This document shows, one piece after another, positions 57,196-64,000 of a stretch of 64,000 nucleotides of DNA. Position 1 is the stretch's first letter. The number at the start of each line of letters is the position of its first letter. A program made the translations under genes and the position numbers. This stretch comes from Candidatus Hydrogenedens sp. (lineage in GTDB: Bacteria > Hydrogenedentota > Hydrogenedentia > Hydrogenedentales > Hydrogenedentaceae), in contig JBMFRC010000009.1 of assembly GCA_049968235.1 (NCBI GenBank), forward strand, positions 68,913-132,912. The letters run 5' to 3'. The notes under the pieces are model-generated. The model was not told the DNA's origin. It searched no databases and was given only the letters and a program-made list of their open reading frames with translations.

Positions 57196-57786
57196 ATGTC
57201 TGATGGGAGGTTAATTCCTCCACATGGGGGCTATCGGAGATTGCGGAGTTTTCAAGTAGCACAGGAGATATATGACGCGACGGTATTGTTTTGTTAGCGG
57301 TTTATTGATAAGAAGTCAAGAACATATGACCAGATGATTCAGGCGAGCAGGAGTGGGGTTCAAAATATTGCAGAAGGGAGTGTGGCGTCTGCGACATCAA
57401 AGAAGATGGAGATTAAGTTGACAGGTGTGGCAAAGGCAAGTTTGGAGGAGTTGTTGCGGGATTATGAGGATTATTTGAGACAACATGGTTTGAAACAATG
57501 GGGTAAGGATTCGCCGGAGGCAGGAAGGATAAGGGAGATGTATAAGTCGGACAGGTTGGACAAGTTAGACGAGGTGGACCCGTCAGACAAGTCGGATATT
57601 TATGGGATAAGGACAGCGTCGGCAGAGGTTGCGGGGAATACGGTGATTTGTTTGATTCATCAGGCGACATATTTGTTGAGGAAGCAGTTAGAACGTTTGG
57701 AACGGGAGTTTTTGGAGAAGGGTGGTTTTACGGAGCGGATGTATTGGGAACGAAAACGTTGGCGAGAGAGAGAGAAGAAAGAGTAG
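57196..57786 (+). CDS. Four-helix-bundle protein (TIGR02436-like, the 23S rRNA IVS-protein family) with a C-terminal suffix domain. The frame is interrupted by one in-frame TAG at 57295-57297.
   Basis: N-terminal helix MSDGRLIPPHGGYRRLRSFQVAQEIYDATVLFC, then TAG, then RFIDKKSRTYDQMIQASRSGVQNIAEGSVASATSKKMEIKLTGVAKASLEEL. All in one frame and matching the family consensus (...QIRRAAVSIPANIAEGS...). Repeat array C lies inside the coding sequence (KSDRLDKLDEVDPSDKSD). Confidence 0.6.
57544..57598. repeat. 9-bp tandem repeat array C (degenerate, x6), inside the four-helix-bundle coding sequence.
   Basis: Reads GTCGGACAG GTTGGACAA GTTAGACGA GGTGGACCC GTCAGACAA GTCGGATAT. Confidence 0.6.
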
Positions 57787-57822
57787 AGTCGGACGGGTCG
57801 GACGGGTCGGACAAGTCGGACA
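57786..57822. repeat. 9-bp tandem repeat array D, (GTCGGACRR)x4, immediately after the four-helix-bundle stop.
   Basis: Reads GTCGGACGG GTCGGACGG GTCGGACAA GTCGGACA. Confidence 0.75.
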
Positions 57823-57958
57823 TTTAAAACAGATAAAAATGAAAAAAAATAAACGAATCAAATTGAAGGCTATACCTCCCGTTAATTTGCCAGGATAATC
57901 CTTCCTATTTTACTATTTGAGTATTCTAATTTTATGAAATTAATAGAAAGGGATTGTC

Positions 57959-60900
57959 ATGGAAAGAAACATTTGTCATTTCATTACGAATCATGAACAA
58001 AAAAGTCTTCGGGAACGTATAAGAGAACTTATTACTATCAGCAAAGAACTTAAAATTTTAGTGGGTTTCTTCTATTTTTCCGGGATAACAGAGTTGTATG
58101 AAAGTTTACAAAAAAATCCTAACATTGTGATTAAAGTGCTTATAGGTATGGATGTCGATAAATTAATTAATAAGTTGATTGAATATGCCAATCCAGACAC
58201 CTCATTAACTGATAAAGATAGAATTGACTATTTTTTTAAATCATTAAAAACGGCTCTTACTTCCGAAGATATGGACCGTCCCGAGCCCTACCGACAGATT
58301 TCTTATTTCCTGAAACTCATCCAGGAAAATCGTATTATCATCCGAAAAACAAGAAAACCCAATCATTCAAAACTTTATATCTTCAAAATATCAGAAGGGC
58401 AGGATTTAATTCGCGATACGCTATTCATCACGGGAAGTAGCAATTTGACACACGCAGGTCTATCGGGACAGGGCGAGTTCAATGTTGAAATAAGTGATTA
58501 TGGAACAAAAGAAGCGGAAGCGTTTTTTGACGATTTATGGGATGATGCAGTGAAAATCACAGAAACAGAGGAAACAAAAAAGAAACTAATCCAGATTATC
58601 AATACGGAAACAATGTTTGCATCGATAAAACCTTTTGAGGCTTATACCCTGGTCCTGAAATCCTACCTTGATGCAAATAGTATGAAAGAGGTTAGTTTAG
58701 AGTCCCTTAAAGAAACTATGGAGAAAAAAGGATATGTGCCTTATAAATATCAGATGGACGCTGTTCAATTAGCTTTATCTATTATCAATGCTTATGACGG
58801 CGTTATTATTGCCGACGTGGTCGGTTTGGGCAAAACGATTATTGCCTGTGCCGTAGCCCGACTTTTAAGAAAACGCGGAATTGTCATCTCTCCACCGGGG
58901 ATTATGGGCGATGAGTTGAGGCAATATGGTTGGCGTAAGTATATCGAAGAATTTGGTCTCTATGACTGGGAGGTTTTTTCCAGCGGGAAACTTGATACCA
59001 TATTGAAAACAGTTCGTAGATGTGAAGATATTGAGGTGATTATCATTGATGAAGCACATAAATACCGCAATCAGGATACAGAAAGTTACGAACTGTTAAA
59101 AAATATATGTCTGCATAAAAAAGTTATCCTTTTAACTGCAACTCCGTTCAGTAATTCTCCCAGTGATGTATTTTCATTACTAAAATTATTTACTGTTCCG
59201 GGCAAATCAAAGTTATCCCTGACTGATAATTTAGATTTTCTGTTTAATGAATACAAAAATACTTTTAATCAATTATCACATATACAAAAATACCATGATT
59301 CGCAAGATGCAGAGAAAAAACAAAAAGCACAGACCTATTATAATAAGTTATTCGGTTCAGATAATATTGATTTAACAACGGTAAAAAAGCGGACAAAATA
59401 CCTTGCCAATACAATTCGCTCAATTATCCAGCCTGTGCTTATACGGCGAAATCGGATTGACCTACAAAATGACCCGGATTACCAAAACGAGATTAAGGAT
59501 TTATCCAGATTAGAAAATCCGAAAGAGTTGTTCTATGAGTTAAGCCCGGACCAATCGCTGTTTTACGATAAAGTTATTAGCACTTACTTTGGTGAAAACG
59601 GTGCATTTTCAGGTGCTATTTATCGCCCGTATTATTACGAAGAAAAATCCGATTTGGAAGATATCGATGAGGATATAGAAACCAATGGTAAGGATGGGAA
59701 AAAAGTGGAGGAACAGAGAGAACAACTAAGCCAGAAAAACTTATATGATTTTATGAGACGATTATTAGTGAAACGATTTGAGAGTTCTTTCGGTGCGTTC
59801 CAACAAAGCGTTAAAAATTTTATTGAGATTCATAAAAAGATACTTCAATTCATTGAAAAAACAAACAAATATATCCTCAATCGCAAGTTATTGGAACATA
59901 TTTATGAAATGGACCCGGATGAAATTGACGAGGAATTAGAACGATTTAAAGAAGAAATTGCAAAATTAGATAAACCCGACTCACATATCCATAAGGTTTA
60001 TGATTTGAAGGACTTCCACTTCAAGGATGAGTTTATTAAAAATATTAATGATGATATTCAATTGTTTGAAGGAATTCTCAAAGAGATTGAAGACCTTCAT
60101 TTGATACAGAAAGACCCGAAATCGAAATCTTTAGCAGAAGAAATCCCAAAAATTATCCAGAATAAAGAAGAAAATGAATCCAAACGAAAGATAGTTATCT
60201 TTACTGAGTATATAGATACAGCCCGCCATTTAGAAGAACAGATGAAGCACTTATTACCCGAAAACTTGAAAAATCGTATTTTAACAGTCATAGGAAAGCC
60301 GTCCGATGACCGTTATGAGACGCTATTAAAAAATTTCGATGCCAGTTATGAAAAGAACCAACAGGAAGATACCTATGACATTCTTATAACAACAGACCGA
60401 CTTTCCGAAGGATTTAATCTGAATCGTGCTGGCGCAGTTATTAATTATGATATTCCGTGGAACCCGACACGGGTCATACAGCGTGTAGGACGAATAAATC
60501 GAATCAGTAAAAAGGTCTACAATACTTTATATATCTACAATTTCTTCCCAACAGAAACAGGTGCTGATGTTGTCAAAAGTCGTGAAATAGCCCAGCATAA
60601 GATGTTCCTCATTCATAATACAATTGGTGAAGATGCCCGTATTTTTGAGCCCGATGAGGAACCTACTGCTTCGCGATTATACACCAAAGTTATGACTCTT
60701 CCGGATGAACTCGAGCCAGAAAGTTTATATACGACCATAAAGAAGAAATATTACGAGATAAAAAAGAACTATCCGGAAGTCATTCGAACCATAGAGAAAT
60801 ACCCTTCACGTGTAAAAACGGCAAAGAAATACCACACCTACAACCTCGTTGTATTTTTAAGAAAAGGCAGAAGTATATTTGTAAAATATACCGATGGAAC

Positions 60901-61357
60901 ACCTGGCACAACCGCTGAAAAACCGCTTGAAGATGCATTGAATTATATCCAGTGTGAATATGAAGAACAACCCCTTCACATTTCAGACAAATTCTGGAAT
61001 AATTATATATCTCTCATTGAAGTAGCAACTACGGATTTTTCAAGAGGAAGGAAAATTTGGACTGAGGCAATGACCAATATTAAAACAATATTGCAACAAT
61101 TACCCGCAGAATTGGATGACTATAAAAGTTTCCTTAACATATTATCAGAAGATATTTCATACTATCGGACATTGTCCGATTATACCATCCGACGAATTCG
61201 AAATCTGAAACTGGATAAGGAAAAACAATTTAAAGAATTTAAAGAGGTCATTGATAAACTGCGAAACGATTTAGGAGATGATTACCTTACTAAAATTAAA
61301 AATGACCTAATATCTATTAAACCAGAAGTTATTATTGCGATGGAGAATCAACCTTAG
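57959..61357 (+). CDS. Fusion of a PLD-family (HKD) nuclease domain with an SNF2/SF2 helicase, 1132 aa.
   Basis: HKD motif NHSKLYIF...FITGSSNLTHAG near the N-terminus. Helicase motif I ADVVGLGKT, motif II IIIDEAHKYRN, motif III LLTATPFSN, motif V-VI ILITTDRLSEGFNLNRAGAVINYDIPWNPTRVIQRVGRINR. Confidence 0.8.
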   Translation: MERNICHFITNHEQKSLRERIRELITISKELKILVGFFYFSGITELYESLQKNPNIVIKVLIGMDVDKLINKLIEYANPDTSLTDKDRIDYFFKSLKTALTSEDMDRPEPYRQISYFLKLIQENRIIIRKTRKPNHSKLYIFKISEGQDLIRDTLFITGSSNLTHAGLSGQGEFNVEISDYGTKEAEAFFDDLWDDAVKITETEETKKKLIQIINTETMFASIKPFEAYTLVLKSYLDANSMKEVSLESLKETMEKKGYVPYKYQMDAVQLALSIINAYDGVIIADVVGLGKTIIACAVARLLRKRGIVISPPGIMGDELRQYGWRKYIEEFGLYDWEVFSSGKLDTILKTVRRCEDIEVIIIDEAHKYRNQDTESYELLKNICLHKKVILLTATPFSNSPSDVFSLLKLFTVPGKSKLSLTDNLDFLFNEYKNTFNQLSHIQKYHDSQDAEKKQKAQTYYNKLFGSDNIDLTTVKKRTKYLANTIRSIIQPVLIRRNRIDLQNDPDYQNEIKDLSRLENPKELFYELSPDQSLFYDKVISTYFGENGAFSGAIYRPYYYEEKSDLEDIDEDIETNGKDGKKVEEQREQLSQKNLYDFMRRLLVKRFESSFGAFQQSVKNFIEIHKKILQFIEKTNKYILNRKLLEHIYEMDPDEIDEELERFKEEIAKLDKPDSHIHKVYDLKDFHFKDEFIKNINDDIQLFEGILKEIEDLHLIQKDPKSKSLAEEIPKIIQNKEENESKRKIVIFTEYIDTARHLEEQMKHLLPENLKNRILTVIGKPSDDRYETLLKNFDASYEKNQQEDTYDILITTDRLSEGFNLNRAGAVINYDIPWNPTRVIQRVGRINRISKKVYNTLYIYNFFPTETGADVVKSREIAQHKMFLIHNTIGEDARIFEPDEEPTASRLYTKVMTLPDELEPESLYTTIKKKYYEIKKNYPEVIRTIEKYPSRVKTAKKYHTYNLVVFLRKGRSIFVKYTDGTPGTTAEKPLEDALNYIQCEYEEQPLHISDKFWNNYISLIEVATTDFSRGRKIWTEAMTNIKTILQQLPAELDDYKSFLNILSEDISYYRTLSDYTIRRIRNLKLDKEKQFKEFKEVIDKLRNDLGDDYLTKIKNDLISIKPEVIIAMENQP

Positions 61358-61380
61358 ACAATTATATAAAGGGGATAAAA

Positions 61381-64000
61381 ATGAACCTGTCTGCCAAAAG
61401 ACATTTAGAGAACTTTATCGGAGCAACAAATTATGATGGGTTACAAAAATCGCTTATATGCTTTTTACAAGAAAAGACGGAACACTTTTCAGAGATGCCT
61501 GAGGACTATTCATTTCATTTTCGGGATGATAATTTTAATGAAGTCCAAAAAGTTGGTGAATTATCTCTAACACCGTCGTATGCTGAAGAAGGAGATAGTA
61601 CAGAAAAATTTATCGTGGTTACACTCCATACCACAGGGGGACTAACAGAGCGGAGTAGTAAAAAGCGTCAGTTCGACAAAGGGAAACAAATATTAAAAAC
61701 TTTGTATCAGACAGGCAATTTTGACCTCATCGGCGGTTTTTTCATTTTTTATGATGACGATTTTAATTATCGTTGGAGTTTGATTTATCAAGAACCGGCG
61801 GGCAGAAGATTACAATATAACCCCTACAAACGATATACCTATTTCGTATCACGAAATTTGACAAATAAAACCTTCATTCAGCAGTTATGTGCGGATGAAT
61901 CCTTTGACAGGTTAAATGACATCAAATCCGCATTCTCCGTAGAAAAGGTTACCCGAGAGTTTTATAACAAGGTGGCACAATGGTATTTCTGGGTGCTATC
62001 TGATGAAAAGATTAAATATCCCCCATCCGTTCCTAACCAAAACAACGGAAGAGAGTTGTTTTTAATCCGTCTCTTATCTCGATTGATTTTTATCTGGTTC
62101 ATGAAAGAGAAAAAACTTATTCCGGGAAAATTGTTCGATAGACAGGAATTAAGAAGCTATCTGCATGATATTGAAGATGACGGAACTGCTTATTACAATG
62201 CCATCCTCCAGAATTTATTCTTCGCTACACTGAACACACCTCAGGACAGACGACAATTCCGCAATGATAAACAATATCAAGGCAAGAATAACGATTACAT
62301 GAACCATAATAAATACAGGTATAAGGAACTATTCAAAAATGAAACGGATATAGAAGAGCTCTTCCAACCGATACCGTTCCTGAACGGCGGTCTATTTGAG
62401 TGTCTGGATAAAAGTAGAAAAGACCCAAAGAACCCGACAGAAGGAGAACTACGGCTGGATGGCTTCTCTTCATCGCATCAAAAACATCCTAATATTAGAA
62501 ATATCTTCTTTTTCGGTGAGGAACAAACGGTCGATATTAGTAAATATTTTGGGGACAATTCATATAAATCCGCAAAGGTTTACGGAATTATTGAAATATT
62601 AAAGGATTACAATTTCACGATTGATGAAAATGTTCCCGGTGATGAAGAAGTTGCCCTTGACCCGGAACTACTCGGAAAAATATTTGAAAATCTGCTTGCC
62701 AGTTATAACGAAGAGACATCGACCACCGCCAGAAAAGCCTCCGGCAGTTATTACACACCCCGCGAGATTGTAGAATTCATGTGTCGTGCTTCTCTGGTGG
62801 AATACCTGAAATTATGCCTGATTAAAAAGGGCTCTGCGGTTGATGTTAACGAGAAATCGCTGGATGAAAAACTTCATCAATTATTAGACCCTCATCAGGA
62901 AGAACTGCCCGTTTTTTCCGAAACGGAAAAGGATACACTCATCCATGCCATTAACAATCTTAAAGTATTGGACCCTGCGGTAGGTTCGGGAGCCTTTTTG
63001 ATGGGAATGTTACAACAACTTGTCCATATCCTATCTAAACTTGACCCACATAATGAGATGTGGAAACAACAGCAGATAGAGGGGGTAAAAAAATCTGTTT
63101 CCGACCCACAACTCCGGAATGAGTTAATCAACAAAATTGAAGAACAATTTCAAAAGAATGAACTGGACTACGGTAGGAAATTATATCTCATCCAGAACTG
63201 CCTGTTTGGTGTGGATATTCAACCTATTGCCATACAACTGGCAAAACTCCGCTTCTTTATCGCACTACTGGTGGATGAAAAGGTTGATAAAACACAGAAA
63301 AACAGCGGGATAGAACCTCTGCCTAATCTTGAAACAAAACTCGTCCCCGCAGATACTCTTCGTTCCTTAAACATAAAAACCGAAGACCTGTCTTCACCCG
63401 AAATACAGGAAGAAGAAAGGAAATTATTCGAGTTAAGAAAAAAATATTTTAGCGAATCAGACCAGAGAAAGAAAGAAACGATAAAAGAGGAGGATAAGAA
63501 AACGCGAAATAGAATAGAAGAATTACTTAAACAGGATTCTTTATATAATGATAAATTAGAAACTATCCTTGCATGGGACCCCTATGATGCCCATATTTCT
63601 GCGGACTGGTTCGACCCTGAATGGATGTTCGGCATCGACACAGGTTTCGACATCGTTATCGCTAATCCGCCGTATATCCAACTGCAAAAAGAGGGAGGGA
63701 AACTCGCTAAATTATACGAAAAACAAAACTACCAGACCTTTGCCCGCACGGGCGATATTTATGCCCTTTTTTACGAAAAAGGAATTCAAATACTGAGAGA
63801 TGGAGGACATCTTTGCTTCATTACCTCAAATAAATGGATGCGTGCGGGCTATGGTGAAAAATTGCGGAGTTTTTTTACACAATACAACCCATTGCTTCTT
63901 ATCGATTTGGGACCTGGTGTGTTTGAAAATGCTACTGTCGATACCAATATATTGCTGATACAAAAAAAGCAAACTCCAGCAAAACACCTCAAAGCCGTAA
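61381..64000 (+). CDS. Large gamma-class N6-adenine DNA methyltransferase (Eco57I/PglX/DrmMI/type IIG-like). 3' partial at the window edge.
   Basis: GSYYTPREIVEFM, motif I VLDPAVGSGAFL and motif IV IANPPYIQ, with motif I before motif IV. Long N-terminal region of about 400 aa, as in PglX-like enzymes. No stop before the window ends. Confidence 0.8.
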   Translation, partial: MNLSAKRHLENFIGATNYDGLQKSLICFLQEKTEHFSEMPEDYSFHFRDDNFNEVQKVGELSLTPSYAEEGDSTEKFIVVTLHTTGGLTERSSKKRQFDKGKQILKTLYQTGNFDLIGGFFIFYDDDFNYRWSLIYQEPAGRRLQYNPYKRYTYFVSRNLTNKTFIQQLCADESFDRLNDIKSAFSVEKVTREFYNKVAQWYFWVLSDEKIKYPPSVPNQNNGRELFLIRLLSRLIFIWFMKEKKLIPGKLFDRQELRSYLHDIEDDGTAYYNAILQNLFFATLNTPQDRRQFRNDKQYQGKNNDYMNHNKYRYKELFKNETDIEELFQPIPFLNGGLFECLDKSRKDPKNPTEGELRLDGFSSSHQKHPNIRNIFFFGEEQTVDISKYFGDNSYKSAKVYGIIEILKDYNFTIDENVPGDEEVALDPELLGKIFENLLASYNEETSTTARKASGSYYTPREIVEFMCRASLVEYLKLCLIKKGSAVDVNEKSLDEKLHQLLDPHQEELPVFSETEKDTLIHAINNLKVLDPAVGSGAFLMGMLQQLVHILSKLDPHNEMWKQQQIEGVKKSVSDPQLRNELINKIEEQFQKNELDYGRKLYLIQNCLFGVDIQPIAIQLAKLRFFIALLVDEKVDKTQKNSGIEPLPNLETKLVPADTLRSLNIKTEDLSSPEIQEEERKLFELRKKYFSESDQRKKETIKEEDKKTRNRIEELLKQDSLYNDKLETILAWDPYDAHISADWFDPEWMFGIDTGFDIVIANPPYIQLQKEGGKLAKLYEKQNYQTFARTGDIYALFYEKGIQILRDGGHLCFITSNKWMRAGYGEKLRSFFTQYNPLLLIDLGPGVFENATVDTNILLIQKKQTPAKHLKAV

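Noticed and set aside
56947-57822. Possible CRISPR array.
   Set aside because: The repeat unit is only 9 bp, contiguous and without spacers. No cas genes are present. It is a simple tandem repeat, not CRISPR.
1-64000. Genome-wide reassignment of TAG as a sense codon.
   Set aside because: TAG cleanly terminates several well-defined genes (ends at 1697, 14956, 34960), with nothing coding-like in-frame after them. The in-frame TAG cases are therefore kept as a local anomaly, not an alternative genetic code.

Overview
Low-GC (roughly 38-40% by eye) bacterial chromosomal segment with about 60 protein-coding genes, 4 tRNAs and a tmRNA. Housekeeping genes (purF, purC, cysS, recN, dprA, holB, tmk, tyrA, hisA, infC-rpmI-rplT, tlyA, tatD) are interleaved with secreted and glycan-degrading proteins: GH4, GH29, GH51 with a CBM, DUF1080, SGNH hydrolase, FG-GAP and PA14 proteins. 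No taxonomic assignment is attempted. The likely source is an uncultivated polysaccharide-foraging bacterium. Five regions stand out. (1) 57.0-64.0 kb: a defence-like module next to tRNA-Pro. A PLD-nuclease/SNF2-helicase fusion gene is followed by a large gamma-class N6-adenine methyltransferase of the PglX/DrmMI/type IIG kind, which runs off the window edge. This is the best candidate for an undescribed system. (2) 5.7-13.9 kb: a single-strand operon running fliW-csrA-orf-giant GT/CgeB/methyltransferase/TPR enzyme-Maf/CgeB protein-GT9 enzyme. It looks like a flagellin-glycosylation unit, but no flagellin gene is present in cis. (3) 48.7-53.1 kb: a decayed island at ssrA. It holds a 769-bp element flanked by a perfect 16-bp inverted repeat, an orphan beta-class DNA methyltransferase, a GHL10 pseudogene and an IS200/RAYT-like transposase fragment. 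(4) 56.9-57.8 kb: four arrays of a 9-bp tandem repeat (GTCRGACRR) around tRNA-Pro and a four-helix-bundle gene. (5) Three otherwise intact reading frames each carry one in-frame TAG. No CRISPR array or rRNA was seen.
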